Origin: Macrostomum lignano
Lineage: Eukaryota
Reading direction: 5' to 3'
NCBI GenBank assembly: GCA_002269645.1
Contig: NIVC01001349.1
Location: forward strand, 1-64,000
DNA length: 64,000 bases
Shown: positions 1 through 34,933 of the stretch, piece by piece
How the letters are laid out: each line of letters starts with the position of its first letter
Numbering within the stretch: position 1 is the stretch's first letter
The notes under the pieces: model-generated
The model's database searches: none
Seen by the model: the letters and a program-made list of their open reading frames with translations, nothing else
Told to the model about the DNA's origin: nothing
Position numbers and translations under genes: made by a program

Positions 1-696
1 AGTAGCACTAGCGGGTGAAGCGGCAATAGTGTCTGTCTATGACTCTATGGTCGTTGCTGCACCAACTTTCACAGCAGTGCTTGTTTTTTACCATAGAAGC
101 GTTCGCTAGTGTATTAGCGGCCGTCTCCGACGCCTCGAAACCCCGGGTTGGGCCACAGACACCAGCTAGTGCATGAGAGCAGCAGAAGCTATAGTCTATG
201 GTCTGAACACCAGGTTTTTGCTCTCTGCGCCAGGCGGCTGGAGTGGCCCATCTAGGTAATATAGAGTCTGTGGGCCTCAACTGCATGGGCTGAAATAAAA
301 ATAATTGCAGCAGTAATAAAAGTACAATTGAAAAAGTCAGGTTAAAATGTTGATTGTTTCCATTGAAATTTTGACACGTGGGTAAACAATTAGTGACATT
401 GACTTTGTAAGCGGCGACTTAGTTTATAACCGCTACTATTAATAACGACAATTAACTCAGCATCTCTTGAGTTCACCCAGCTGTAAAATGGGGTGCAGCT
501 AATTTTGGGTTATTTGAGGGTGTGTGTGGCGGTCTCCCCTCAGTCCTTGGACTGAACAGCCGTACGCAGACTTCAGTTGCGCGCGCAATAGCTGCGGCTG
601 AGCTGTCGGTTGCACATCTACTCATCAGGCTTAGGTTTAATCACTTATTATTATTACTATATATTAAAATTTCTTGTCGCACTCGCCAACACAAAG

Positions 697-1069
697 TGCC
701 AATCGTGCCGGAAATTCTGTGGCGTCAGAAATTCGCCCAGCTGATGCTAAATGCCAACTGCTCGCACCTGATGCCAGAATTGCCTAACAGAAAGAAGCAG
801 TCTGCTGGTCAACGCATTCTTAACCAAGTCGCTGGCCGCTTTCGGCCAGAGCCCGGACAGTGCCGAGCTGAACGCCTGTCTCAGCGCGTCCGAGCGACTA
901 CAGTCGGAGTCCGACCTGGCCAGCACGAGCACGAGGATCGGCCTGCTGTTCGCCTCGCAGGCCGTCGTCCAGTTGATTGTCAATGTGGGCGTTAAGCCGC
1001 TCAATGATAAAATTGGATTCCGCGTGCCCATGCTCATTGGATTCGGGTTCTTGATGGCGTCTACCCTCA
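697..1069 (+). pseudogene. VMAT-like exon (luminal loop, TM2-TM3), 1-nt frameshift near 774
   Basis: Acceptor acaaag|TG CCA ATC GTG; donor CTC A|gtgagt. VPIVPEIL...NCSHLM is in one frame and QNCLTERSS...RIGLLFAS in the +1 frame. Confidence 0.8.
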
Positions 1070-1365
1070 GTGAGTTCATTAGTTTATTAGTAAGTTCATT
1101 AGTTTATTAGTGAGTTCATTAGTTTATTAGTGAGTTCATTAGTTCATTAGTGAGTTCATTAGTTCATTAGTTCATTAGTGAGTTCATTAGTTTATTAGTG
1201 AGTTCATTAGTTTATTAGTGAGTTCATTAGTTCATTAGTGAGTTCATTAGTTCATTAGTTCATTAGTGAGTTCATTAGTTCATTAGTGAGTTCATTAGTT
1301 CATTAGTTCATTAGTGAGTTCATTAGTTTATTAGTGAGTTCATTAGTTTATTAGTGAGTTCATTA
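1070..1365 (+). repeat. AT-rich minisatellite (agtgagttcattagtt[t/c]att variants), left part
   Basis: Tandem 8-20 bp units starting at the VMAT splice donor gtgagt. Confidence 0.95.
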
Positions 1366-2040
<675 letters not shown>

Positions 2041-2428
2041 TCATTAGTTCATTAGTTCATTAGTGAGTTCATTAGTTCATTAGTGAGTTCATTAGTTCAT
2101 TAGTTCATTAGTGAGTTCATTAGTTTATTAGTGAGTTCATTAGTTCATTAGTGAGTTCATTAGTTTATTAGTGAGTTCATTAGTTTATTAGTGAGTTCAT
2201 TAGTTTATTAGTGAGTTCATTAGTTTATTAGTGAGTTCATTAGTTCATTAGTGAGTTCATTAGTTTATTAGTGAGTTCATTAGCTCATTAGTGAGTTCAT
2301 TAGTTCATTAGTGAGTTCATTAGCTCATTAGTGAGTTCATTAGTTCATTAGTGAGTTCATTAGTTCATTAGTGAGTTAATTAGTTCCTTAGTGAGTTCAT
2401 TAGCTCATTAGTGAGTTCATTAGTTCAT
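2041..2428 (+). repeat. AT-rich minisatellite, right part (same array as 1070-1365)
   Basis: The same ttcattagtgag units resume after the retrotransposon fragment. Confidence 0.95.
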
Positions 2429-2579
2429 AAGTACGAGCGTACATGCACTCATGACTTCATTAGAGAGTCCATGAGCCAATAATCAAGTTCAAACCTGAGT
2501 TCATGCGTTAACGAGTGAGTAGATTGCATGTATATCTTCCAGCAGCGCCACCCCCACCCGCACCTCTCTGCACCGGCAG

Positions 2580-2661
2580 TGTTCGCCTTCTCCAACTCCT
2601 ATGCCGGCCTGTTCGCTGCCAGGTCAGTCCGGGATCGGCTCGGCATTCGTTTGCGTCACCA
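2580..2661 (+). pseudogene. VMAT-like exon (MFAFSNSYAGLFAARS..GIGSAFVCVT), frameshift near 2630
   Basis: Acceptor ccggcag|TG TTC GCC TTC; donor ACC A|gtgagc. The RS-x-QGIG motif is broken by an indel. Confidence 0.8.
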
Positions 2662-2746
2662 GTGAGCGAATTGCATTTTTTGGCGCTTTAAACCGAAATT
2701 TTACAATACGCATAACATGCCAAGTCTTTGTTCAACTAATCCCTAG

Positions 2747-2855
2747 GCCTGACTCTCGTTGCCACCCTCTACAAGAATCAAAGAGTCAAAGAATCAAAAG
2801 AGTCGAGCTGAGGCACTGAGCCTGTCTCTGGGGTCGATGTGACTGGGCGTCCTCG
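2747..2855 (+). pseudogene. VMAT-like exon (GLTLVATLYKNQKSRAEALSLSLGSM*LGVL)
   Basis: Acceptor ccctag|GC CTG; donor CTC G|gtgaga. A 16-nt duplication at 2773-2788 shifts the frame; in-frame TGA at 2840-2842. Confidence 0.75.
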
Positions 2856-2935
2856 GTGAGAACTCGTCAGCTCGTGTCGGTTGTGTCATACACGTATAGG
2901 GATGACATTTTTCAGCGAGAAAGTCCGGAATGGTT

Positions 2936-3989
2936 GGTCACAATCATCTGACATGGTAGGTCACAATCATCTGACATGGTGGTCACAATCATCTGACATG
3001 GTAGGTCACAATCATCTGACATGGTAGGTCACAATCATCTGACATGGTAGGTCACAATCATCTGACATGGTAGGTCACAATCATCTGACATGGTAGGTCA
3101 CAATCATCTGACATGGTAGGTCACAATCATCTGACATGGTAGGTCACAATCATCTGACATGGTAGGTCACAATTATCGGACATGGTAGGTCACAATCATC
3201 TGACATGGTAGGTCACAATCATCTGACATGGTAGGTCACAATCATCTGACATGGTAGGTCACAATCATCTGACATGGTAGGTCACAATCATCTGACATGG
3301 TAGGTCACAATCATCTGACATGGTAGGTCACAATCATCTGACATGGTAGGTCACAATCATCTGACATGGTAGGTCACAATCATCTGACATGGTAGGTCAC
3401 AATCATCTGACATGGTAGGTCACAATCATCTGACATGATAGGTCACAATCATCTGACATGATAGGTCACAATCATCTGACATGGTAGGTCACAATCATCT
3501 GACATGATAGGTCACAATTATCTGACATGATAGGTCACAATCATATGACATGGTAGGTCACAATCATCTGACATGGTAGGTCACAATCATATGACATGGT
3601 AGGTCACAATTATCTGACATGGTAGGTCACAATCATCTGATATGGTAGGTCACAATCATCTGACACGATAGGTCACAATCATCTGACATGGTAGGTCACA
3701 ATTATCTGACATGGTAGGTCACAATCATCTGACATAGTAGGTCACAATCATCTGACATGGTAGGTCACAATCATCTGACATGGTAGGTCACAATCATCTG
3801 ATATGGTAGGTCACAATCATCTGACACGGTAGGTCACAATCATATGACATGGTAGGTCACAATCATCTGACATGGTAGGTCACAATTATCTTACATGGTA
3901 GGTCACAATCATATGACATGGTAGGTCACAATCATATGACATGGTAGGTCACAATCATCTGACATGGTAGGTCACAATTATCTGACATG
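2936..3989 (+). repeat. 23-bp minisatellite ggtcacaatcatctgacatggta
   Basis: Dozens of near-identical tandem copies. Confidence 0.97.
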
Positions 3990-4146
3990 CTCGATCCGCA
4001 GATTGTCCTGGCCTCAACTGTTCTGGCATTTGACAGCCTCAGCCTGGCCATCCTGCAGCCCACCCTGCCCGTCTGGATGCGCCAGACAATGGGCGCCACG
4101 GCCTGGCAGCAGGGAGTCGCCTTCCTGCCCACCTCCGCTGCCTACG

Positions 4147-4151
<5 letters not shown>
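3987..4151 (+). pseudogene. VMAT-like coding fragment (MLDPQIV...AWQQGVAFLPTSAAYVI) embedded between two satellites
   Basis: Strong match to the SLC18 TM7-TM8 region (DPY...LEPALPIWM...WQLGVAFLP). It runs directly out of the 23-bp array and into (GATT)n without clear splice sites. Confidence 0.8.
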
Positions 4152-4470
<319 letters not shown>

Positions 4471-4513
4471 CTGACAGATAGACAAGCCGCAGTCCTACAC
4501 TCACTCCTTGTAG

Positions 4514-4665
4514 GCCCAGCCATCAGTGGTATCCTGGTTGACCAGCTCGGCTTTGTGTGGATGATGCGGGCGGTCGCGGCATGCAACCTGGTGATGGCGC
4601 CGGTGCTGATGCTGTTGAGCGGAGGCCAGCAAGTGACGTCTTCGCAGAAGCTGAGGCTGGACTGA
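4514..4665 (+). pseudogene. VMAT-like terminal exon (GPAISGILVDQLGF...KLRLD*)
   Basis: Acceptor ccttgtag|GC CCA GCC; TM12-like segment; TGA at 4663-4665. Confidence 0.8.
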
Positions 4666-6248
4666 CTGAAGACTTTGCTGAAGCTGCATCAAGCGTAAAA
4701 ATCAATAGACATTGAACTACGTAGCAATTTGACAGATCTATGATAATAAGTATAATAATAATAATGAAAATATTTGTAATAACTGAAGAGTTTGGTCGGG
4801 TGGTGATCAGTCACCCGAAAACTCCCACTTCCAGACACTTAAGCCTGGGAACAAATTCAGTGATCACTTACTGTTGCGGGCTCCTCTTCTTTGTCGCGCG
4901 TGTCTGTAGAGCTCGTCTCCCGGGGTAGTCTTCTTCAAGTCTAGAATCGGCCGAAAGCGAGAGCGGAACAATAAAATCGACGTCGCAGTATTCCTCGTGT
5001 GCAGAAATCAATATCAACGATGCGCCCTAATAACAAAACCAACTTCTATAACAATACGAGGTCCTCCAGAAAGGGCGTCTTCTTCTAGAACTAACGGAAT
5101 CGGAGTCATATGCTCCGATCGGTTAATCTAGGATAATCCAAAATCAATAACTCGATAATCCTCTAAGGGTATCGGAATCGGTCGGCAGATCCTATCCAAT
5201 CCCTTAGGAAAAGGGAGGCCTCAAACTCAATAGTCTCAATAAAATCAACTGAAGAGTAACGGCCGGCAATAACAATCGCTCTCAATAATCAAAATAACGA
5301 AGAGTTTGGCTGCTCTTGCAAAGCCCAAGATCTTTGGAGGCTGCTCCGAGTCTGAGATTTCAGCTCGGATTTTGCTTGTATTTATAGTCAAATTTTGGTA
5401 TATTATTAGTAACTTTGCTCAGATTTCATCATATTTCATCATGCGTTGTAATTTGATTCATACTTCATCGTAAGTTGTATTCATGGTCTTAAAAATAGAG
5501 TATGACAATTTGGCAATTTTATAGCATTAAAGTTTTTCGCGTTTTTATGTTACTACTTATAGTAGTTTACATTGTATCGTTTCTGGAGATCTCTACATAA
5601 CGTTCAAAGCCTTTGTCGACATCGCTGACTCCTCAACACATACAAGCGCGCCAATACTGTACGCAGACACGCACTCATACACACTCACACTACAGAACTT
5701 CACTTCTGTACTTAAATTATTAACTTCATTGCAGTTCTGTGACAGTGGCTTCTGCTGCTGCAAATAAAGGTTATATTACCTCAATTACTTCCATAGATTA
5801 GAAATTAGAAATTAAATTATACAATAGAAAAAATAATGTAAGCATGCTACAAATACGTTGGGTAATTCGTTGGTGTCCTTTGTTACACAGTGGTTATCTG
5901 ATCGCATCAGAAGAGCAAGTAAAGGGATAAAAAATTAACAGTGTATGCGTCCTGTGTATTTTCAACAGTAGCTATAAATAAACACAAAAAATACAATTGG
6001 GGAATACTATTTAAAAACAACTGCAAATCGCTTGCGGAGCGGAGCGCTGAGATGAAGCAACCGATCTAAGTGTAAGCTTAAATGGAGACACGATCTTCCG
6101 GAACCACAGTTCGAGAATGCGTTAATAAGATTGAAAATTTTCAAGTTTTTAGCGCTAAAGTTAAAAGTTAGAACGACTGTATGACGAATTTCTGCTAACT
6201 CCATACTTGGAAGGCTTCTGAGCTTTTAGCCACAGAATACTATAATTA

Positions 6249-7005
6249 CTAGACATGTCCACTCGCAGTTAAGTTATAAAAAAGCACAGTGTCTACTCTT
6301 TTTAATAGGTTGTCTCCACAGTGTCACTTAAATTATTTCTGGCAGCTAAAATTTATTTTCCTTCCCGGCTTCAGGAGCATACGCTCGTATGAGGGAGGGG
6401 GTATAAAAATGAATAACAAGCATTTAACTCGATGTACAATAAAAGAGCAGTGAGGAGAGAGGGCAAAGTCAGACGGACAAAACTCAGCTCGGGGGCAGGC
6501 CCAATCTAGCTCAGCCAATGAGAGAACAGTAAGAAGAGAGGGCAAAGTCAGACGAACAAAACTCAGCTCGGGGGGCAGGCCCAATCTAGCTCAGCCAATG
6601 AGAGAACAGTAAGGAGAGAGGGCAAAGTCAGACGAACAAAACTCAGCTCGGGGGGCAGGCCCAATCTAGCTCAGCCAATGAGAGAACAGTAAGGAGAGAG
6701 GGCAAAGTCAGACGGACAAAACTCAGCTTAAGGGGCAAGGCCCAATCTAGCCCAGCCAATGAGAGAGCAGTAAAAGAATTTCGAGTTTGAGGTAGTCTGG
6801 ATTTGGTAAAACAGGATGAAGAGGCAGTGAAGACGCTAATTTAATTGGTCTGTTTCTAGAAAGCCGATTTTTGCAGCTTCATAAACTAAATTTCATGTAA
6901 AATTTAGTTGAATTTTAATTTAACTATTATGCTCGTCAGAGCAAAATGCCAATTTTACTACTTAAAAAGGGTAGATGGGTGCATTTTTGCCAGTGACATG
7001 TCTAG
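6249..7005. mobile_element. MITE-like element, copy 1, with internal ~79-bp tandem array
   Basis: Terminal inverted repeats ctagacatgtc(c)act / agtgacatgtctag. Internal repeats at ~6455-6780 carry agccaatgag. Homologous to 17618-18356 in opposite orientation. No TSD recognised. Confidence 0.6.
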
Positions 7006-7785
7006 CTATTCTATACCCTCATAGTAGCATCTCTAGTATCTCTGCTTTTAGCTAAGTGATTGAATGGCACGGACTGAAAACACGACAATACCCTACGAGA
7101 AGAAACTGTCTTTATGGCTGAAACGCATTGATTGATCGCAGTAAAAAAAGCACAGCTACATCGGAAGGTAAACGCAGGATTACAGATAACATTAATTTGA
7201 TAATTGGTACAGCTTGTACTATTATAATTTGCCAATACAATCAAATTGAAGTTTTTAATCTCTATGTGCATTATTTTAGAATAGAAAAAATAGGAGTGAA
7301 TTAGACGAAGCTTACAAGAAATCCGTATTTAGAATATCACGCAGAATACTTTGACTTTACTTTTATTGATACAAACAGACACACAGTTTGGCTTTGGGCC
7401 AATGTAAATAAGCAATTGCAATACTTCAATCACGATTTTTATTCAGTATGAGAATGGTATTGTCGAATCGGGCCAAAATGTTATGTTGAGGACGTTTATA
7501 GTAGAACGGCTGACAGGGGACGACGAAGGACGAAAAGTTATGTTTCGAAGGTCGATTTTTTATACGATTTTAACCCTATTCTTTTGAACGCTGTCAACGC
7601 ACCTTACCGGAGGCTGCGGCAGTCGGGATTATTTTTCTTAAGACCTTAACTAATTATTTGTTCTTCAGTTGGTAAATAAAATAAAAGGATTCAAATTTTG
7701 CAAAAATCTACCAGCCGGCCTTCAAAACACTCCAATCGAGACACACCGTCTCAACTTTCAACTAATTAATTTCCTATATTTTGCG

Positions 7786-25593
<17,808 letters not shown>

Positions 25594-25860
25594 CTGCAAG
25601 CATTATTTGAGTGCGGTGTCTCTGTTGTCCATTTTTGCAACCAGGTTGCGTTTAAAAAGATTTTCTGGCTCAAGTGGAACAAGAGCGCAAATACTGTGGC
25701 ATGTACACTGTGTTTCATAGCCCGACTATCTTACGGGTCAAACTTTTGTTCACAAGTCCCAAATTAATTTGTCCCGCACACAGAATCAAATCAGGGATTG
25801 TGGCATGAGAGAGTCAGACGCCAGGCCCTATCTGATGTACATTAAATGTACATTGATGCT

Positions 25861-26161
25861 GGGGCCGAAGCCTAGTGGTCTGGCGCTGCGCTCTGATGGG
25901 CCAGCGGCTCAAACTTGGGGCTAAATTGGAATTTCGGCTTGGCTCTGCTCGTGCAATTAGCGGTCTTGAGGTTCAATCCCCCAGGGCACACTGAGGTGTA
26001 CATGAGTAACGATAAATAAAGTTAGGGCCGCTGTACACTCCTGTGAGTGTGTGCCTGAGCGTATGACTGCGTACGTATCCGCGCGCTTGTGTGCTTAGGG
26101 GAGTCGGCGGAATGGGCAGCAATGCCTCTCGCCGGTTGTGACACAGTCCCCTACCTCTAAT
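25861..26161 (+). mobile_element. tRNA-derived SINE, copy A
   Basis: 5' GGGGCCGAAGCCTAGTGG (A-box-like) and GGTTCAATCCC (B-box-like). The body ctgcgtacgtatccgcgcgcttgt...ggagtcggcggaatgggcag...tctcgccggttgtg is shared with other copies. Confidence 0.75.
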
Positions 26162-27377
26162 CCACTAAACTCAAACACCGTAAATTGTAGATTTCGAAGG
26201 TTTTTTAATCTAGATGCTGCTTTTTCCAAGCCATGGATGTCTAGTTGATGCAAACCAATTTCTGTAGCCCATAGACATGTAAAGAAACATCCCCAATATC
26301 TACTTAATAGTAGTAAGCAAATGCACTGCAATGTAAGAAATTCTTAATTTCATCAACAGCAATCTGGAAGCTATTATTCACCAGCCGTCTTATGCATGAA
26401 GACTGATTATTTAGGAATAATTTATCTAAATCTTGCATTGTCGCGGGTTTCTTGCCATCAAACGGACACAGAGGTACACACGAGTGAGTAAAATCACTCT
26501 CCACTCTCCCACTCTCACCCCACAGCGGGAATGACCCAGAAATAATCCTTCCTGGCATGCCTGAAGAAGCAGATTGAAAATTTTTTGCCCACTCTACTCC
26601 ACCCTCCCCCCTCAGTCCAAGGTGCATCGATTTTCGACGTAGCCAGGTGAAGTGCGGATAGCGGGGGGTGGCGAGGCAGAGTGCACGGGCAACCGCAAGG
26701 GACTCAGTTGGGAAATCAGCTGGCTAAGCTCTACTACCTCTGCAGTGAATCATTTTTTATCCCGGTTCGCCCTCAGCGGCATCTCAGAGCAAACCCCTGA
26801 TTCAATTAGACGCTTGGACAGAGATCTGTGACACCTTCCTCCCCACGGTCGCTCTTGAACCGGCCGCTGGGCTGCGGGGAAAGGGCGGAGAATCGTCAAG
26901 TATCGTTGAAGATCCGCGCACATCCGCAATCTCCTTCATCGTCCGTTACAGTTTGAAGTTTTCGCTTAACTAACTTAGCGCGCGATCGGGCACGACAGCG
27001 ACCCCCCCCCACTTCATCTCCTTCAGTGGCAAAATCTGCAACTCCTCTCCAACCGCGAGGGAATTATCGGCTTTCAATTTGGCCTATTAGCGAATAAAGC
27101 AGCGCGGCTCGGGAAAAGAAGGATCCGGGCTTCTTCTTCTACGGTTGAGTCACAAAATTGTTTTGCCAAATTGTAACCGGCCCATTACACACACCGGGCT
27201 ACCCTCTTTGACGCATCTGGACAGGACTGACTCAGAATAGAGAGCCGAGAAGGGTTTGGGATGCTGAAGAGGCTTCCCTTGTGGGGATCTGGGGAGGACT
27301 GAATTCCTCAGTGTGCTGGCCATCTGGGATTTCTGGATTCAACGCTAAGTCGCCTGTGAGGCTGGCATCAGGACAAG

Positions 27378-29871
<2,494 letters not shown>

Positions 29872-30697
29872 CGCACTGGCAGGTCATAAAGCATCTGTCT
29901 GATCAGCCAGGCAGTAAATTAGCCATCAAACCAATGCGGATGCCGCACAGAGAGGAAGCGCCTCCGCCGGGCCGGGAAACGCCAGGCCAAATATTAGCAC
30001 AGGCTGCAGCGCCTTCCAAGCTAATAAAGCCGATCCGCCTTTCAGAGCCGCTCTAAATGAGCTCAGCCAGCAACTTCCACCCGCTCGCCCTCTCGCCTTG
30101 CTCCGTCCCCAAACCCGACTGCTCAGCCGCAGCCTTTCAGCGCAGCCTTGATTTATTGCCTCTGCGCCCCTGTCCCACTTTTTCTTCGCCTTTCACGGCA
30201 GAATTTGAGCAGTGTTCTCCTACCGGTTTCCCCTGCAAGTGAGTCCTTCCCCTCGCCTCCCATCGCGGGGACACGGGAGGGGAAGCCGGGAGAGGGAGAC
30301 TTTCTGGAAGGGATTACCGTCGGGGGACCTTAATTAGAGCCGCGGAGGCGGCTTCGGGGCCTCTCTGTTCCATCTCTTTTTTTATTTTTGCCACCTCTGC
30401 CTGTCGCAGATCTCTAAGTGGGACGCCGCAGAAGCAGCCGAAGCCGGCACGGAAAGAGCTGACAGCCCCTATTGGGGTTGAGGGAGTATTTCAGAGCAGG
30501 CTTTAGTCCATCTTTTCCTTTGCACTGTCCCTTTATCTGTTTGTACTCAATCGAGTATGTGTACCCTGTGTGTAATCGGACATTTCTATTGAAAAAATAA
30601 CTTGTTTCAATATTGTAAAAGTTGTGAATTTAAAATAGGATCTATAATAAGGCTTGTACGGTTCTTGAAAAAAATGCTTTCTTACTCTATCAAAGGT

Positions 30698-31606
30698 CCT
30701 TGACAGCCAGCTCACTATCAGAGGTCCTTGACAGCCAGCCAGCTCACTATCAGAGGTCCTTGTCAGCCAGCTAACCCACTATCAGAGGTCCTTGCCAGCC
30801 AGCTAGCTCACTATCAGAGGTCCTTGGCAGCCAGCTAGCTCACTATCAGAGGTCCTTGGCAGCCAGCTAGCTCACTATCAGAGGTCCTTGGCAGCCAGCT
30901 AGCTCACTATCAGAGGTCCTTGCTAGCCAGCTAGCTCACTATCAGAGGTCCTTGCTAGCCAGCTAGCTCACTATCAGAGGTCCTTGCTAGCCAGCTAACC
31001 CACTATCAGAGGTCCTTGCCAGCCAGCTAACCCACTATCAGAGGTCCTTGCCAGCCAGCTAACCCACTATCAGAGGTCCTTGGCAGCCAGCTAGCCCACT
31101 ATCAGAGGTCCTTGCCAGCCAGCTAACCCACTATCAGAGGTCCTTGGCAGCCAGCTAACCCACTATCAGAGGTCCTTGCCAGCCAGCTAACCCACTATCA
31201 GAGGTCCTTGCCAGCCAGCTAACCCACTATCAGAGGTCCTTGGCAGCCAGCTAACCCACTATCAGAGGTCCTTGGCAGCCAGCTAACCCACTATCAGAGG
31301 TCCTTGCCAGCCAGCTAACCCACTATCAGAGGTCCTTGGCAGCCAGCTAACCCACTATCAGAGGTCCTTGCCAGCCAGCTAACCCACTATCAGAGGTCCT
31401 TGGCAGCCAGCTAACCCACTATCAGAGGTCCTTGCCAGCCAGCTAGCTAACCCACTATCAGAGGTCCTTGCCAGCCAGCTAGCTAACCCACTATCAGAGG
31501 TCCTTGCCAGCCAGCTAACTCACTATCAGAGGTCCTTGGCAGCCAGCTAACTCACTATCAGAGGTCCTTGGCAGCCAGCTAACTCACTATCAGAGGTCCT
31601 TGGCAG
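30698..31606 (+). repeat. ~33-bp minisatellite gccagctaacccactatcagaggtccttg(g/c)ca
   Basis: Direct inspection. Confidence 0.97.
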
Positions 31607-34600
31607 CCTTGTTGCTGGCCGGGCATAATCTGGGCAGTGCGGATGCAGCTCTGTTTGCCATGAGAGGCTGGCAGCCAGGCTCACAAGGCGTTGATTTTGA
31701 GCCCCCAGGGCGGACAGATCTCAGATGCTCCACCCTAGTTGCATTTCCCAATTCCATTTTCTCCCTTTTTACTCGGCTTCCTTTCGTCTCTCCGCCTCTC
31801 TACATCCCAGGCCGCTATTTCCCAGCTCAAATCCTGGCAACAAATCCCAGCTTCGCCCCAAAAAGCCCCCCCCCCCTCATCCGATTGCGTAACGCGAGAA
31901 GGCAATCAAAGGGGACGCCCCCGTCGATGCGGTCTTGAGAGGATGCCGCGGAGATGGAGAAACGAGATGAAGCTCTACTGTAAGGAGGTCAGCTGCTCAT
32001 TTGGGGCAATCAAAAAGCAATGCTGAATGCATCTTTCCTTGAGCTTTTCTCCACTCTAGAAGAAGCGAGGGAGGCAACCCGTCTGCTTCTAGCAGACGGA
32101 AAGAGGGAAAAGAAAGCAGGTTTTTTCGGTTCTCCAGCGATTTGGTATTTTTCGAATATTCTCGAACGAGCTATCGACCAGAGACGACTTATTATAAGAC
32201 TTCAAGCTAATTATATAGGACGGCAAAGTTAAGCAGAGTTGGCCGCGGTTAGTACGCAGATGGATAGTGACAGTGAGCAGCTGATCCACTTTGACTTTCC
32301 TATATCCTCGGTTGCTGTCCATTGCTAATAAGCCGCTCCGATGGTTCCAAATGAATTCTGAAGATACGAACAGAAAGAGACAGAAGTATTTTAATCTAAA
32401 AGACCCTACCCGGTCATGGAGAGATCTAATTAAAAAACGGGGGAAGAAAGAATCCCTTTTTTGATTATTATTAATTAATGCGACGCGGTTTGTCCCCGGC
32501 TGAGCTGAGCAGAAAAAAAACATCGGGGGGGGGGGGGGGTTAGGATTCGTGCCTTATAAGAAACCTTAGAAAAAATTTAGCCAAGCAGATGCTCAATAGG
32601 GCTTAGAAATATGAATTATTGGCCAATAAGCCGAGATTCATCTCGCCCAATACAGACGGGGTGGAGAAGTTGATGGATTCAGACCAAGCAGGCAGAATTA
32701 GTTCTGAGCTTAGGAAGCTCCGAACTCAAAGCTTTCAGCGAGGCTCAGAAGCAGAACAGGGGAGTGTGCGTGACTTCTCTGGGACTCCACTTAAACTAGG
32801 GAAAAGTGTAGCTCTTAGCTCTCGGTTAAGCCCAATGTCCGTTCGCGCACCTAACTGAAATCCGGGCGAGAAGGGAAGGGCAGGGAGAGAGAGGGGGCCA
32901 CTTGACTAAATGTTTCTAGGGCCTGTTGTGAGACAGCAGTTGAAATTTGCTGACTATGCTCATAAACTAGCTAAGCTGTCTGACAACTGTTTCAAGCACT
33001 TCACATTCACAATGAGACCAAATGTGGCCTAAATTAGTGAATTTTATTTCATATTTCATTGATTCGATGATTGAAATTTGTCAGGTATTGCATCAATTAT
33101 CCACTCAGCTCACTTTCGATTTCTATACTAAGCTGAGACTTGGCTTGCTTATCGGAAGCCCGGCTGGCTCTGCAGCAGCAGCAGCAGCTCTCACTTCAGG
33201 CTCAGCCCAAGTCTCTCCATCTGCATTCAGCCTAAGAGGAGGAGAGGCTCGGTCAGTAAACGTTTGCGCTCCAAACCAGGTGTATGCAGACGAGCCTCTC
33301 TTCTCTCTCTCCGCCTCTTCCGCTTGTCCGGCCCTCTTTGCCCTCTTGTTGGGCAGAGAGTAATAGTTGATATAGGAGGATAGGGGGTCTGTAAGGGGCA
33401 GGGCGAAGCTGCAAAAGGGGGGCGGGGCACGATGGGGGGGTTGGTAGAGAGAGAGAAGCGTATGATGAAGCTGCAGCCGCTGCTGCTGCTGGTGATGCTG
33501 GACCCGGAGACAAAACTGGGCCCGCCTACTCCCCCCCGGTCTCCCCCCCCCCAACTAGACAGTCTACCGGGAGTCAGCCGGCCTCCAGACCCTCGCTCTC
33601 TCCTCTCTCACTCTTAGCCAGGTGATTGACATGGCTAGATGTCGCCGTATAGTCCCACAGGCACCCTCCGGGCGTGCCAATCAACTTCTTTTGCTCTCCC
33701 TCTTTCTCTCTTCACGAACAGAGTTAAGGGAGCGTAGAGCTTGGCCAATTGAGAGGTTAGCCTATGCTGCTGCGACCGCTGCCGCTACTTCGGCAGCAGG
33801 CATAGCAGAGAAGTTAAAAGAAAAGGAGGGTAGATGGTCCAACTGCACCTCCTATAGGCACACGCAAAAGTTTGTCTGTCCCGCGGTGAGATCAGCTGGC
33901 AGAGACTCAAAATCGCTACTTAATTTAGGAAATTGAGAGACAGGGAGAAACAGGGAGAAGAGAGAGAGAGAGAGAGAGTGCAAAATGAGACACCTGATGA
34001 TGACAGACGGACAGCCCGTGGGTCCCTGCTGTGCGAGCAATGGCTGCTATGATTAATTGTGGCACTAAACTGACGCAAATGTCTCCAGCTTGATTGCCTG
34101 CACCTCATATTTTTACAACGCACGCGCGCAGGCAAAAACGCATTAATCTGCCTGTAAAATGTAAATGTAGAAATAGCCCTGGATATGGTTTACAGCCACT
34201 GGAAAGACAGATTTTAGCACTGCTGGTTGGGGGGTGAGAGGCAGACATCTGTGACACCCTGCCACGATCGAAAATTAAGGTAAACAATTGGAAACTGCGA
34301 ATCTTCATCGGTTTTTTTAACCAGTAAAGAAAAAGCGAAACTTTTCAAAAGAAATTATATTTTCCGTCATTTCCTTTTGACAAGTTTTTCTTGTTTCTGT
34401 GGAGAAAAAGAGAGACAGACAGAGAAAAGGGAGAAAATTTGCGATGGTGGGGCCAGGGAGCCCCCCTCCGGGCGACCCCCCCAGGAGAGTCTGACCCCAG
34501 CGAGCAACCAGGTTGACCTTATGAAAAACTGCTTTTTGGTCTTGTGGGCCCGAAGGGGACGAACGTCAGTCAATTGAGGCAGGCCCCACTCACCTTTTGG

Positions 34601-34933
34601 ATTCGAGGTGACGGGAGCAGATTGGTAGTATCTTTCCCAGTCTCTCTCTCTTGCCCAATTGCTTCGGCTGTCCGGTTGGAATTCTCCACTGAACCCCCTC
34701 CCCCACCCCCAACCCACCGCCAACCTTTTCTCCTAGCCGAATGTTGCTTGGTCTGTGCCACCTGACTGCACTGGGTGGTCCGGCCTACCATACCTACCTC
34801 TCTACTAGTGCTTAACTGTTCGAATTTAGCATCAAATTAATCTAGTGTTGCTTGTGAATAACTCCTTCATAAGCACGAGTATACGAGTGTAGCCAACAAT
34901 GAATTAAGATACTAGGAACTCGCAACGGATCTT

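Noticed and set aside
2866-2880. cagctcgtgtcg matching a bacterial 16S rRNA motif
   Set aside because: A 12-nt match only; the flanks have no rRNA similarity.
4775-5571. LTR-like segment (TGTAA...TTACA, reverse TATA at ~5380, hairpin at 4790-4826)
   Set aside because: No matching TSD found at any boundary tried; left unresolved.
25861-25990. Functional intron-containing tRNA gene
   Set aside because: The acceptor stem does not close and the sequence continues into a body shared with dispersed repeats, so it is a SINE head.
29900-34900. Numerous short GC/GA-rich ORFs (e.g. 33123-33554, 33432-33617; also 40808-41137, 52123-52437)
   Set aside because: No recognisable domains or consistent splice-phase chain; treated as intergenic or intronic, though undetected exons cannot be excluded.
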